Source: Octopus sinensis (lineage: Eukaryota). From it: a DNA stretch of 64,000 nucleotides. The notes under the pieces were generated by a model. That model ran no database searches and was not told the origin of the DNA. It worked only from the letters and a program-made list of their open reading frames with translations. The stretch's first letter is position 1. Each line of letters begins with the position of its first letter. Below are positions 26,362 to 40,173 of the stretch, piece after piece. Location of the stretch: NCBI RefSeq assembly GCF_006345805.1, contig NC_043020.1, positions 16,430,001 through 16,494,000 of the forward strand, written 5' to 3'. The translations under genes and the position numbers were made by a program.

Positions 26362-26590
26362 TGATTCTGACTCAGATGGCAATTTTGAAGGATTTACTCA
26401 GGCAGATACCAGTAGTGAAATTATTTGAGGTGATGATGAGGACATAGACTGTGCTTACACTTATAATGAGAATGATGTTCTAAGTGGATACTATCATCCA
26501 TGGCTGGTTGATTTAAGGAAATTACTGGCCCCAAAGTGGTACATTTCTGGGAGGAATCTCTTTCAACTATTCCCTAATGCATTATATAAA
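26362..26590 (+). pseudogene. Probable piggyBac-like transposase N-terminal remnant
   Basis: Reads FDSDSDGNFEGFTQAD...DDEDID...HPWLVD then (frameshift) KEITGP...LFQLFP, resembling the acidic N-terminus and W...GP...FxLF pattern of piggyBac transposases; has a stop. Confidence 0.4.
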
Positions 26591-27030
26591 AAATATTATT
26601 CATCTATTCCTTTATTAGTCCCCAAAGTCCATCCCCTCCTCACCGTGGTGGGGATGCTGGCAACGGGTAGTGTCAGAGCTATGCCGTCGGTAACTTCAGT
26701 TCCTAGTAGGGCCACCCAAGGCGGATTGGTTTGACACCAATTGGTATTAGGGCCACAACCTGGCATACGGGGCTCTGGTGAAAATCCTCGGAGTGTCTGC
26801 TTCGGCAACCGGCGGCTCCTCACTCGTTCTGTCCCTGCGTCTGCGGACAATCTGTGGCAAACAGGATGTCTCTACATGCGGGATTGTTGGGGTCCGCTTG
26901 TCAAATCCACATATTCCCACGAAACTTCTTCCATGAATTCTCAATGGCGAATACAATGCCTCGAGGGTGGTGGAAGAAGCCAACTCAACCCGCCCGGGGT
27001 GAATGTCGCCACAAGTACAAGTTATTAGTA
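26590..27030. mobile_element. GC/CpG-rich insertion of unknown class
   Basis: Abrupt GC-rich, CpG-retaining block in AT-rich surroundings; ORFs on both strands are short and unrecognisable. Confidence 0.4.
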
Positions 27031-27285
27031 TACAAAAAAAATCTAGTCTTTACATACAACACAACGGAAGTTATAACAATATTAAAACAGTTAGTCTTCA
27101 TGCTTTTTGCTCCCCCAAAAATTGTGCAATGGCAGGGGAAACTATTCTTGGGGCAAACCAGTGTGCTAAAGGTTAAAGAGTTAAAATATTGTATACAAAT
27201 TTATGATGAAAACTTATCATCATTGTCATTTAATGCCCATGTTCTGTGCTGGCATGGGCTGAAGATTTGACAAGATCTGATGGGT

Positions 27286-27514
27286 TTAACCCTTTTGATA
27301 CCAACCCGGCTGAAACCAGCTCTTGCTCTGTGGTACAAATGTCTTGTTTTCAAAAGTTTTGAATTAAAGTCTTCCACCAAAACTTAGTCACAATTTACGT
27401 TCCTAACACTTGTTTAATGATAACTAAGTTATTTTACTAAATTCTTTGTTATATTTAAAGTAATTGAAAGAAACACAGAGCATCTCAAAATAAATACAGT
27501 AATGAAAGGGTTAA
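27286..27514. mobile_element. piggyBac-type MITE (second family)
   Basis: TTAA-CCCTTTTGAT...TAATGAAAGGG-TTAA. Confidence 0.75.
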
Positions 27515-28879
27515 GGAATGTGTCATTCTCTGGTGTCTGCTTTAGCATGGTTTCTGTAGCTGGATGCATTTCTTGATGCTGACCACTTTACAGTATGTAC
27601 TAGGTACTTTTTTCATGCCATCAACACTTTTGAAGTCAGTTTTATGGTAGGGGATGAGGGGTTAAATTAGGAGAGAAGTGAGTATGGGCAGACCAGTTTC
27701 ATGTAAAAGAGCTGTGTGGTTATTCACATTTAGCAAGGGTGGAAGAGACTGATCAGTAGGAACTGCAAAGAGATTTGATAGTAGAGATAAGGCACGAAGT
27801 GAGTAGAAGTGGTGGGTGGGTGGGGCTATAATACATCTAGTAGTCAGTGCTAATTGGTGTTACTTTAAATAATTGTTTTTATTGGATCCTCTTTCTAATT
27901 TTAAAATTTACCGTGTATGTATCTTACTGAAAAACAAGGTTCATGTTTTATTGGTCAGCACACAGACAGACTGCAGTTATTCCCTTTGGATACTGGTGTT
28001 TAATAGTATCTAATAGTAAAGAATTATACAGATGATGGGGCAGTGATGGGATCTGTTGCTTTTTTGGGGGACTATGCTACTAACAAAGTTATAGGTACCT
28101 AAGAACATGGATGTGTTAAACTAGGTGGCGTCTTAGAAACCCTTTGATTTTCTGCTGGACTAACCTAACCAATCACATTATATGTGTGTGTGTGTGTGTG
28201 TATATATATAGAGAGAGATAAATAGATGTATATCTATATTCATCTATATACATATATATAGATGTACATCTATATTCATCTATATACATATATATAGATG
28301 TATATCTATATACATATATATGTGGTGAGAGATACATACACATATATATATATATTAATGGCTCTGGGATTTTGCTAGTCTAGACTCATATCTGATATAA
28401 TGTTCAGTAGCTTTGATTTCTTGAGTTCAAATCTAACCTTGGCAACTCTTTGATCATGATGAAATAATAAACAACATTAATGAATGGTGGTGGTGATGGT
28501 GGTGGCTGGAGGAAATTGCTTGTCAAGTAGTTCAAATAAGAAAAGCTTTCTAATTTCTATGAAGATTTCCCCTGGTCATTTTTAGTTCATGCCTTCAGGT
28601 TCTTTGTTGTAGCTAATTTTGTGTAGTCTTGGTGAATTCTGCTTCATTTGGCTTATTGCATGGCTTGGTGGTGCTGTAGGCGTTGGTGATAATTGTTACT
28701 TCTTCTCTAATCATCTCTACTTGATTTCATTAATGATAACAGACAGAGCTGGCCAATAAATATTGTTTGATTATTATCAGATCTAGCATTTATATGTGGT
28801 TCTTATTTTATTGTGAGTGTTTCTTTAAGGGAAGGCATTGCCCCATCAATTGTTAACCATTTAGCATTTAAAGTGGTTA

Positions 28880-29130
28880 TATCCAGCTCAAATATTATGC
28901 TCAAACTGGCCAAATTTGGCTTAAATATTCTATCTTTTTTATGCTGCAGCTGGCCATATCTGGCTCAAAAATTATACCTGTTTTATGCCCACACCTTCCA
29001 TATCAGGTTCAAATATTCTACTTGTTTTATGCTCAAACTGGCCATATCAAACTAAGATAGTCTACCTATCTTATGCTCAAACCAGCCATATCTGGATCAA
29101 ATATTCTTGCTGTTTTATGCTGAAGCTGGC
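28880..29130. repeat. Internal ~45-50-bp tandem subrepeats within a family-P MITE
   Basis: aaatattct...ttatgctcaaactggccatatc repeated about five times after ttaaccatttagcatttaaa. Confidence 0.6.
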
Positions 29131-29724
29131 TATCTTTGGCACAGAATAATGTTTTCATCAATGCTCTGTGCTTAGAAAAAGATGGGATGCTCATGGCTGG
29201 AATGTCTTTTGATTATGGGGCTCCTTGTTCAGAACTGATGGGGGTGACAGCTAAACAATGACAGTGATAGAGGAACTTATTTTATGACTGTTATTAACAT
29301 TTTTTTTTATCAATGCCAACTATGAGTTCTGACAGTTTCTAGTTTGTTTTCACTCCATAGAAACTATTTAACAGGTTCCTGTGGTCCCATCAGGGAGTCT
29401 AGGAGAAATATTTGCTTGATAAATAGGTTAAACCACCTTTGCTATCACACCTACATATATTTGTCTCTTCATCAGGGGAGAAAAAAAAACACATTAGATC
29501 AATATATTTTAAATCTCTTGTGTGGCATTTCATTGTTAATGGCTTTGTTGTCGTTATTGTTGTAACACTCCCAAGGTCAGTGTTGGTTGGTTGGTTGGTT
29601 GGTGTTGGGTAGTTAGGTCTGAAAATTTGGATATTTGTACAAATTCTCTATGAGTCAGCCATGGTATAGAATAAGTAAATAGCTATTTTCTTGGTAGTTA
29701 GACTGAGTAAAATAGTTATCTTTT

Positions 29725-30092
29725 ATCTTTTGCCAGTTTCAGTCATTTGAGTGCGGCCATGCTGGGGCACTGCCTTGAAGAATTTTAAAGAATTTTAGTT
29801 GAATGAATTGTTCCCAGTCGTTTTGTTTTAAGCATGGTACATTTTTTCTTGAACTGCTAAATTATGGAGGCATAAACACACCAACTCCAGTTTTCAAGTG
29901 ATGGTCAAGGATGGGCACACACACAGACCTACACATGATAGGCTTCTTTCAGTTTCTGTCTATTCACTCACAGTGCTTTGGTCAGCTAAAGGCTATAGTA
30001 AAAGACACTTGGTCAAGGTGCCATGCAATGGGATTGAACCTTGGAAACGTGGTTGGGAAGCAAACTTCTTACTATACAACCATGCCTGCACC
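29725..30092 (-). mobile_element. SINE family A, diverged
   Basis: Tail, body and head recognisable. Confidence 0.7.
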
Positions 30093-30932
30093 TAATTGTC
30101 ACACCTGTGCCTACAACAAGGGATATTTATCAATAGAAACTATATCTTTTATAACGACTATATTTACTTCGTTAGATCATCCTACTAGAGCTTAACTCAT
30201 TCAGTGCAACAGTTGTTGGTTGGAAGAGGGTTTGTGGCAAGCCCCACACCAGACAACTGCATTCTCCAAGTCTCCTTGGAGGATGCAGAAGAGCTGGCAT
30301 GGGACTGACAGTGATGGAGAGCACTGGTGGACCTGGTCAACTCTCCACAAGATGACATCTTTGGGACCACTAACCTGAGATGACCCCAGCCTTTATCAAG
30401 CAAGAGCACAAAGCAAGAAGCAAGCAAGCATATTTACCTCTGTGACTATACTATTAGTGACTATATCTCTGTATTTCCTGCAGCGCAGTGTCTCTGCTGT
30501 ACTGCTATTATAGTTGCTATATGTACTATAATAATTATGGCAGAGTAATATCTACCATAGTTGTTACATGTAAACACTCAAGGTATCAGTGTTATCAATT
30601 GAAATATAGTCAACAAATAGGTGTTCTCTTTTGATAACAAACTTGATAAGGCATTTGGAACCTCTTGAACTCCACAGAAATAAATGATCGCTTAGAAATC
30701 TCATCTCCGCCAGCTTAGAGTGCATTTCCTCCTTCTTGGCAACAATATCTTAGTTCAAGTATTAATGGTTTCAAATCTGGGTTTTGAATAAATATGTCCT
30801 TGGCAGGGCCTTAGCTTTCGTTTAATTGTTGAACCAATGAAGAGAAATTGGTCTGTGTTTATCTACTGTCGTTTTCTAGTTCAATCCATGCCATCATGTA
30901 GAACAGGCATTAAAAGATGATATATATATATA

Positions 30933-31322
30933 TAGGCGCAGGAGTGGCTGTGTGGTAAGTAGATTGCTTACCGACCACATGGTTCCGGGTTCAGTCCCAC
31001 TGTGTGGCACCTTGGGCAAGTGTCTTCTACTATAGCCTCGAGCCAACCAAAGCCTTGTGAGTGGATTTGGTAGACAGAAACTGAAAGAAGCCCATCGTAT
31101 ATATGCATATATATGTATGTGTGTGTATATGTTTGTGTATCAGTGTTTGTCCCCCCCAACATTGCTTGACAACCAATGGTGGTGTGTTTACATCCCCGTA
31201 ACTTAGCAGTTCAGCTAGAACAAGTACTAGGCTAACAGAGAATAAGTCCTGGAGTTGATTTGCTCAACTAAAGGCAGTGCTCCAGCATTGCTGCAGTTAA
31301 ATGACTGAAACAAGTAAAAGAG

Positions 31323-31324
<2 letters not shown>
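30933..31324 (+). mobile_element. SINE family A, well preserved, followed by a second 5'-truncated copy (31380-31695)
   Basis: taggcgcaggagtggctgtgtggtaagtag...ggttcagtcccactg...gactgaaacaagtaaaagag. Confidence 0.88.
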
Positions 31325-31370
<46 letters not shown>

Positions 31371-31805
31371 TCATGTAGGCTAGTGTCTTCTTTAGCCTCA
31401 GGCTGACCAAAGCCTTCTGAGTGGATTTAGTAGAAAGAAACTGAAAGAAGCCCATCATATGTGTATGTGTGTGTGTATGTGCATGTCTTTGTGTCTGTGT
31501 TTGTCCCCCACCAGCACTTGACAACTGGTGTTGGTGTGTCTACATCCCCATAACATAACAGTTCAGCAAAAGAGACTGATAGAATAAGTACCAGGCTTTA
31601 AAAAATAAGTTCTGGGGTTGATTTGTTCTACTAAAACCCTTCATGGCAGTGCCCCGGCATGGCCACAGTCAAGTGACTGAAGCAGATAAAAGATACACAC
31701 ACTTATTCACATATTCGCATATTTGTGTGAATTACTTTCTGAACTGACAAAATATCATTTATCATTATTACAATATCATTTACTTCATATGTTAAAATAA
31801 ACTAC

Positions 31806-31836
<31 letters not shown>

Positions 31837-32029
31837 AACGATAATTATAATAATAAATTCTGTTTAGAAAATAAAATAACATGCAATAAGTTAATTTACA
31901 TCTATATAAATATATTACACACACACACACAAATACACGTGTGTTTTTTTTTCCTTTTCTCCTTTTTTTATATATAAACTAAATTAGAAGCTGAAGTTGT
32001 CACTAGAATTTTTATAAACCCATTAAATA

Positions 32030-32104
32030 ACATATATATTACATGTGAAAATGTGTGTGCATATTATATGTATATGTGCATATATATATTTATTTATATG
32101 AGTA

Positions 32105-32144
<40 letters not shown>

Positions 32145-32163
32145 AGAATATATAACACACACT

Positions 32164-32195
<32 letters not shown>

Positions 32196-32850
32196 ATATA
32201 TATATATATATGTGTGTGTGTGTGAGTGTGTGTTATATATTCTTTTATGTATATATATAATGTATTTATACATATTTATGTATGTATATATGTATTTATA
32301 CATATTTATGTATGTATATATGTATTTATACATATTTATGTATGTATATATGTATTTATATATATTATGTATGTATATATTTATATTTGTGTATATATAT
32401 ATATGTATGTATATATTATATTTGTGTATATATATATATATGTACATATATATATAATATATATTCATATATGTATATATATATATATATGTGTGTGTGT
32501 GTATGTATTTATATATATTTATGTATGCATATATATGTATATACATGTATATATATATATATAAATATATGTACATATATATATAATATATATTCATATA
32601 TGTATATATATATATATATGTGTGTGTGTGTATGTATTTATATATATTTATGTATGCATATATATGTATATACATGTATATATATATATATATAAATATA
32701 TGTACATATTTATAAATATATATGTGTGTGTGTATTTATATATATTTATGTATATATATATATATGTATTATATATATATATATATATTTATATTCATGC
32801 TTGTGTACGCAATGTATACATGCACACATATCTACATAAATACATGTATA
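32030..32850. repeat. Complex (TA)/(TG) microsatellite with higher-order repeats
   Basis: 28-bp unit x3 near 32260-32345 and a ~130-bp duplicated block at ~32445/32575; source of the Y/I-rich pseudo-ORFs. Confidence 0.9.
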
Positions 32851-35800
32851 TATAGCATCTATAAAATAAAATTGGTAAAATATGTAAAACCTAATTATCA
32901 ATATTTATTTTCTCTCCATAAACTGTGCTTTCTGCAATTTCTCCCATATCCTCCCCACCATCTCACCACAACCTGTTCATCAACAAATTAGATTGCAGGA
33001 ATGATTTCTCATTTTTGCATAGATGAATTCTTTTTCACTTTCTTTCCTTCCTTCCTTTCTTCTTTCTTTCTGTAATACCATATAATGATTTATTGGGAGA
33101 GTTAAAAAAAAAAAATAACAAAAACCGTGCATTCAAATATTTTTCAAACCGAAATAAAGATTCTTCGTTTAACTGATAACTTTATTTTTCTCTAGATAGA
33201 AACTTTATGATGAGGAAATTTTGTTTAATATATGTATGTGTGTGTGCAAGCAGTGGGGAAGAAGGATTGGTTTGATGTGTCTTTTATTGTTTTTGTTGGT
33301 TTTATTATTTTAACATGTTGAATCAAAATGGGTAGAAAAAGATTGATTTCTAACATTGCCAGAAGGGTAAAATTTTGGTGTGTGTATGTGTGGAGAGGGT
33401 CTTCAGTTCTTTATTTAATCAGCTCCAGTAGGATGAAAGACAAAAGTTGACCCCCACAGGATTTGAACTCTAAATTAAATGCTGCAAGATATTTATTTTT
33501 TATTCGCCAATGCTGTGAAGGTTCTGCCAGTTCATAGAATTATTTTTAGCTTTCTTATCATTTAATGTTTTACCCGTTTCAGAGGCTATGGGCAGCCCCA
33601 TAATAAATAAAAAATCAAGTAATGCCTGTGCCTGAAGTATTTAAAGTGAGGAAAGGCCTTGCACAGGCCAACCTCACTCTCTAATTTCTTTTATTCTTTT
33701 ACTTGTTTCACCAATTTGACTGCAGCCATACTGGAGCACAGCCTTTAGTTGAACTAATCGACCCCAGGACTTATTCTTTGTAAGCCTAGTACTTGTTCTA
33801 TCGGTCCCTTTTGCTGAACCACTAAGTTATAGGGATGTAAACATACCAACATCAGTTGTCAAGTGATGGTGGGGAGACTAACACAGATGCACAAAGATAT
33901 GCATATTTCTACTATATATTTGCAAAAAGGGCGGACGTTGTCTCACAAGCAGTTGTGCAGGTAAAAGTGTTAGTAAATCTGGTCAGATTGACCCGAAAAT
34001 TTGCACACCTATGTTAAAAATGCTGGGGAGTTTGCATGGCAACTTTGAGTTTGCTTGATTGAAAGGCGGGGACTCTAGGGCAAAATTACTCATCTTTAAG
34101 ATGTGGCCTGAGTAGACCGAATGAAATCGGGTTATAATACTAGTATGTATATATATATAATACTAGTATGTGTGTGTGTGTATATATATATATATACTCA
34201 CACACACGACAGGCTTCTTTCAGTTTCTGTCTATCAAATCTTCTCACAAGGCTTTGGTCGGCCCGAGGCTGTTGAAGACACTTGGCCAAGGTGCTACGCA
34301 GTTGGATTGAACCCAGAACCATGTGGTTGGGAAGCAAGCTTCTTACCACACAGCCAAGCCTGTGCCTATTTGTTATGCATTTTCCCCAAAAAATCTAGCC
34401 TACATAATTGTATGCAAACTGGCACTCTGTTGGTTATAATGATGCAGGTTCCAGTTGATCTGATCAACAGAGCAGCCTGCTCATGAAATTAACATGCAAG
34501 TGGCTGAGCATCCCACAGACACACATACCTTTAACATAGTTCTCAGGGTGATTCAGCATGACACAGAATATGACAAGGCTGGCCTTTTGAAAGACGGATA
34601 CTACTCATCTTTGTCAACTGAATGGACTGGAGTAATGATGATAATGATGGTGGTGATGATGATATATAATCAAGTCTCCCATTGTTAGATGATTAATAAG
34701 GGTTTTGCAATTTCTTGCTGAACAACCACACAAATGATTTGTTTATATTGATCAAATGTTTGCTCTCTCTCCATAAAATTGACATTGCCAGTGCATCAGA
34801 TGTCAAAATGATCAGAGAGTAACCTGAAATGTAGTGCTTTGCTCAAGAACACAACATACTGCCCAGACAGGGAATCGAAACCACAATCTTGTGATTGAGT
34901 GCAACACTCTATCCACTAGTCCATGCTCCTTCACAAAGATACTTGTATGTCTAGACAAACAATTTCTTTCAGCTTCCATATACCAACACTGAGGTCGATG
35001 CAATTGACTTACCCCCTCCCCTGAAACTGCTAGCCTTGTGCCAAAATTTGGAATCATTACTATTATTAAGGTGGCAAGCTGGCAGAAACGTTAGCACACT
35101 GAATAAAATTCCTAGTGGCATTTCTTCCATCCTTATGTTCTAAGTTCAAATTCCACCAAGATCAACTTTGTCTTTCATCATTTCAGGGTCAGTAAAATAA
35201 GTACCAGTTGTGCTCTGGGCCCAATGACATTGACTTGCAAAAACCTGTTTAACCTATCAGTGGAATCCTGACATGTACTACCATTCTGGGTTAGAACAAA
35301 CTTGTAACCTCACCACAGGATGCAGTTTAAAATTTTATCAAGGAGCTAATTTAAATTCAGATCATCCCTGATCCAACAAAGATGTGATCAGATGTTCCAG
35401 CCATCACTGTCTTAGCTTCTTTCAAGCATTGTGTGTATTTAGGACTATTTAATCCTGCGGGTCAGTGTCATTCCTTTTCTAATACAGTAGGTGGAGAGCT
35501 AAAAGCAATACTGGCTACTGTATCTAGCAGGTTAAACTACCTCATAGTAGTTCCCTCATTCATTGGTTTCAAATTTTGGCACAAGGTCAGCAATTTCAGG
35601 GGATGTGGTAAGGAAGAAAGACAAAGTTGACCTCAGCAGAATTTGAACCTAGAACTCAGACAAAATGCCAAAAAGCAGTTTGCCTGTTGCCTGCTCTGCT
35701 AACGATTCTGCCAGTTCACTGCCTTAGTTCTCTCATTCATTATGCAGAAGTTGTAGGCTGCATGTAGTTTTAATCTGAGTTAAAGGCTTATTATTGTAAG

Positions 35801-37379
35801 TAAAACATTATTAGACCTAACCCTGATCTCATTTGCTGATAGTTTTCTGAACAAACAAATACTATGTTCCCCAGTATTACAGAAAAACTGTTTTCATTGC
35901 TTTTTGGTTATAACATTGTAAGAACAAAAGAACTGGATTTTTGAAATAATTCCTTTAATTTGACATTAAAAGAAAATATAACATTTCTTTTATATTTTTG
36001 AATAGGTTAAATATATTTTATAGGTTATTCTTTAAATATATTTTGCAATTCGGAATTTGAGTTTATAATTTAAGTTTCTTTTTCCTTTTTTACTTGTTTT
36101 AGTCATTAGGCCGCGGTCATGCTGGAAAATTTGTAATTCCTTGAGGAATTTGTAGTTGAATGAATTGATCCCAGTATATTGTTTTTTTTTTTTTAAAGCC
36201 TGGTACTTATTTTATTTGTCCCTTTTGCTGAACTGCTAAGTTACTGAGGCACAAACACATGAACACCAGTTGTCAAGCAGTGATGGACACACACACACAC
36301 ACACACCTCTCTTACTCTCTCTCTCTCTTTATAGAGATAGATAGATAGATACACAATGGGTTCCTTTCAGTTTTTGTCCACCAAATCCATACACAAGGTG
36401 CCACACAGTGGGACTGAACCTGGAACCATGTGGATGGGAAGCAAGTTTCTTACCACATAGCCATGCCCGCACCTGTTAACTTTTTTTTTTTATAAGTTAT
36501 TATATAAAAACAAAATTTTTATGTCTCTAATGATTTTTTTTATTTCCTCATAAACCTATCAGCAATAATTAGATTTTTTTTTTCCTTTTATGCCAGGAGA
36601 CCCTTTCATCAAAATATTTCATAAAATTCTGAAATATTACTCAAACAGGTTGACTTTTATGATACGAAAACATAACGTTGCTTCATCTTTATCTTGGCTA
36701 AAACCTCAGTAATAATTTTTTTGTAGTTTTTTGTAGTTTTGGTTCTGTTGGTGATGTAAATATCTAAGCAAACATTTATTCAGTATTGTTTCATTTCTCA
36801 TATACATGTAAAAACATCATTAATAGTAGTTTTATGTGGATTCTGGCCTTTATTAATACACCAGCTGGCTTCCCAATCTTCTTTATCCTTGACGACCATT
36901 ATTGATAGACTCAGCTTCAATCAATAGGAAAATATTTACTTTATATGATAATATATATTTATTCTTATTCTCAGCCTGATTATGAAACATTGATGTCACT
37001 TTATATAATCGGTTTTTTTTTGGCTTTTTTTTTTTTTGTTCTGTAGATTTTCCTGTGTTTCTTTGAAGCTGTTTACAATTTACTTAGTTAAAAATAAAAT
37101 ATCATCAAATTCACTTTTTTGTCCTTTTTTTGGGGGGGGGGGCGGTTTCTACTGGTGGCAGAATTTGAAAAAGTGAAGTTATTTAGAAAAAAAATTATCG
37201 TACATTTTTACCATTTAGTGATTTTGTTTCGTTTGTTTATCATCACTTAGTCACAAAAGGAGTAATTGTGGTATAGCATGCATGACTGTCTTCGGGGCCT
37301 CTGAGACCAGTGATAAGGAGGGGAAACATGACCTGAAGGCTTGCAATAGAGAAATCTCCATTAATAGCTGCCAGTGTAT

Positions 37380-37850
37380 CAAGTAGTTGTGTTTAAACCT
37401 GATGATTGATTAAGTCTTCCTCCATGAATATTGAGTAATGACTGGAAATGTATACAAACAGCTGAATACAAGCAGCTAAAATGGGTTACTCCCAAAGGAT
37501 CTCTGGAGTAATGTTATTTGACAGGGTACATAGTTCAGAGATCAGGAAGTCTCTTCAGGTCAAACCACGACTTCTCTGCATTGAGAGGTCACATCTCTGT
37601 TACTATGGATGTGATTAGAACGTCACAGGGAGTAAAACAGATTTTTCAAGCTGAGCCAACCAGCAGGAGACCTAGAGGTAGACTGAGAACGAGATTGTTG
37701 AATAATAGCTATAGACTCAGTTGGCCCCATTTGGGAATCCAGACAGAAAGTCTAATGACGGTTGCTTCTGATTGGGCCCTTTGGAGGTGGTGCCTGAACA
37801 CCCTATCCTCATGAGCCTCTTAGGAATAGTGGGTACAGAAGATAGAGGGA
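37380..37850 (+). mobile_element. RTE (Expander/Rex3-like) LINE 3' fragment, degenerate
   Basis: Piecewise VHSSEIRKSLQVKPRLLCIERSHL...QAEPTSRRPRGRLRTR...LSWPHLGI...WALWR, matching the RTE C-terminal pattern. Confidence 0.65.
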
Positions 37851-37907
37851 TGGGAAAAAGCTAGAATATATACTACAAGACACCATGTCTGATGCTGTAT
37901 CAATTCT

Positions 37908-38320
37908 TATTTCTTTATTGCCCACAAGGGACATAGAGGGGACAAACAAGGACATACAAAGAGATTAAGTTGATTACATCGACCCCAGTGTGTAACTGGT
38001 ACTTAATTTATCGACCCCGAAAAGATGAAAGGCAAAGTCGACCTCGGTAGAATTTGAACTCAGAACGTAAAGACAGGTGAAATACCTATTTCTTTATTAC
38101 CCACAAGGGGCTAAACATAGAGGGGACAAACAAGGACAGACATAGGTATTAAGTTGATTACATCGACCCCAGTGCTTAACTGGTACTTAATTTATCGACC
38201 CCGAAAGGATGAAAGGCAAAGTCAACCTCGGTGGAATTTGAACTCAGAACATAAAGACAGGCGAAATACCGCTAAGCATTTGACCCGGCATGCTAATGTT
38301 TCTGCCAGCTTGCCGCCTTC
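37908..38320 (-). mobile_element. Dimer of family-M SINEs (ttagccccttgtggg-type tail)
   Basis: Two head-to-tail copies; atgctgtatcaattct at 37892 and 38345 may be a TSD. Confidence 0.8.
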
Positions 38321-39180
38321 TACCGTATCAATTCTGTATCTACAATGCTGTATCAATTCTACCATCCAACTAACCTAGGTTGGTAATCTATTTATTGACT
38401 CTAGGACAGAAGGCGGACAGATGCCACAAGTATTTTTGTCAGATTCTCTAACAACTCCTTCAGTTCACTAAGTGGGAGCTGGAAGGGAGTGTGGCTGATT
38501 AGAACGACCAATATTTTACTGGTACTTGATATCTCCTGGATGGCAAAGTTGACCTTGATGCAATTTGCATTGAGGAACTGGACACATCAAAGTAGACACT
38601 TAAACAATAAATTAGATAATTGAATCAAATCTTTTAACCCTTCGGCATTTAAACCAATCATTTGCCCAAATATTTTACCTGTTTTATGTTCAAACCAGCA
38701 AGGTCTGGTCTCTCACACCTACCCTATAATGTCAGTATAATAGTAAACAATCACATCATTGAAATCACAAAGCTGCAAGATAATGATGCATGATTGGTGT
38801 GATAATGTGATTAAATACACATTACATTTGTCAGAGCAATCTGAATGCTCACAAGTTGAGTTATAATCTTGTACTATTTTGTCATTTAATTTTGGTGGCA
38901 TTTTTGATATTTTGAACCAAATTTTCTACTAAATCCATGACTGGTAGATTATCCTGGGACATTGTCCTGCTTCTGATGGATCTTGATCGTTCTGCTTGGA
39001 CCAGATTGTGTGTCTGTCTTATATCTTTTACTTGTTTCATTCATTAAATTGCAGCCATGCTGGGGCACTGCCTTGAGGAATTTTAGTCAAACAAACAACC
39101 CCAGTGCTTTTTTTTTGCTTTTTACGCCTGGTACTTATTCTATCAGTTTCTTTTGCTGGACCACTAGGTTATGAGGATGT

Positions 39181-39565
39181 GGAAGCGCTCCATTGGTTAT
39201 GACAATGAGGGTTCCGGTTGATCCAAATCAACGGAACAGCCTGCTCGTGAAATTAACGTGTAAGTGGCTGAGCACTCCACAGACACGTGTACCCTTAACG
39301 TAGTTCTCGGGGGATATTCAGCATGACACAGAGAGTGACAAGGCTGGCCCTTTGAAATACAGGTACAACAGAAACAGGAAGTAAGAGTGAGAGAAAGTTG
39401 TGGTGAAAGAGTACAGCAGGGATCACCACCATCCCCTGCCGGAGCCTCGTGGAGCTTTAGGTGTTTTCGCTCAATAAACACTCACAACGCCCAGTCTGGG
39501 AATCGAAACCGCGATCCTATGACCGCGAGTCCGCTGCCCTAACCACTGGGCCATTGCGCCTCCTC
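39181..39565 (-). mobile_element. Young tRNA-derived SINE family C with 11-bp TSD, nested in a family A SINE
   Basis: TSD tatgaggatgt at 39170-39180 and 39566-39576; head ggcgcaatggcccagtggttagggcagcggactcgcggtc...ggtttcgattccc. Confidence 0.9.
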
Positions 39566-39654
39566 TATGAGGATGTAAACAAACTAACACCAGTTGTCAA
39601 GCAATGGTGGGAAACAAGCACAGACACAATGACACACATTTGGAATTTAAGTTT

Positions 39655-39955
39655 GGCATGTAAAAAGCACCATCCGATCATGGCCGTTGCCAGCCTCGTC
39701 TGGCCTCTGTGCCAGTGGCACGTAAAAAGCACCATCCGATTGTGGCCGTTGCCAGCCTCATCTGGCACCTGTGCCAGTGGCATGTAAAAAGCACCCACTA
39801 CACTCACGGAGTGGTTGACGTTAGGAAGGGCATCTGTAGAAACACTGCCAGATCAGACTGGGCCTGGTGCAACCTTCTGGCTTCTCAGACCCCAGTTGAA
39901 CTGTCTAACCCATGCTAGCATGGAAAGCAGACATTAAATGATGATGATGATGATG
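39655..39955 (+). mobile_element. Family B repeat
   Basis: Subrepeats plus (GAT)n tail. Confidence 0.8.
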
Positions 39956-40128
39956 TCGCATACACATTCACGCACACACACACACACACATATATATAAA
40001 GCAGGCCTTCAGTTTCTGTCTACTAAATCCACTCACAGTGCTTTGGTTGACCCAAGGCTATAGTAGAAGACACTTACCCAAAGTGCCATGCAGTGGGATG
40101 ATTGACTCTATACCCTTTGCTTCAGTAG

Positions 40129-40173
40129 ACTGTCGGGAACAGCATCAGAACTTCTTGGAATACCCAGCTTATG
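40129..40173 (+). CDS. Candidate 45-nt phase-1/1 exon (xCREQHQNFLEYPAYx)
   Basis: ccctttgcttcagtag acceptor (NAGNAG), TATG|gtaagc donor, open frame; no homology recognised. Confidence 0.25.

Noticed and set aside
30190-30430. Possible RTE C-terminal remnant on the minus strand (PKDVILWR...GDLENA)
   Set aside because: Too degenerate to call with confidence
32163-32991. Long Y/I/M/C-rich ORFs (up to 170 aa)
   Set aside because: Translations of the (TA)/(TG) microsatellite
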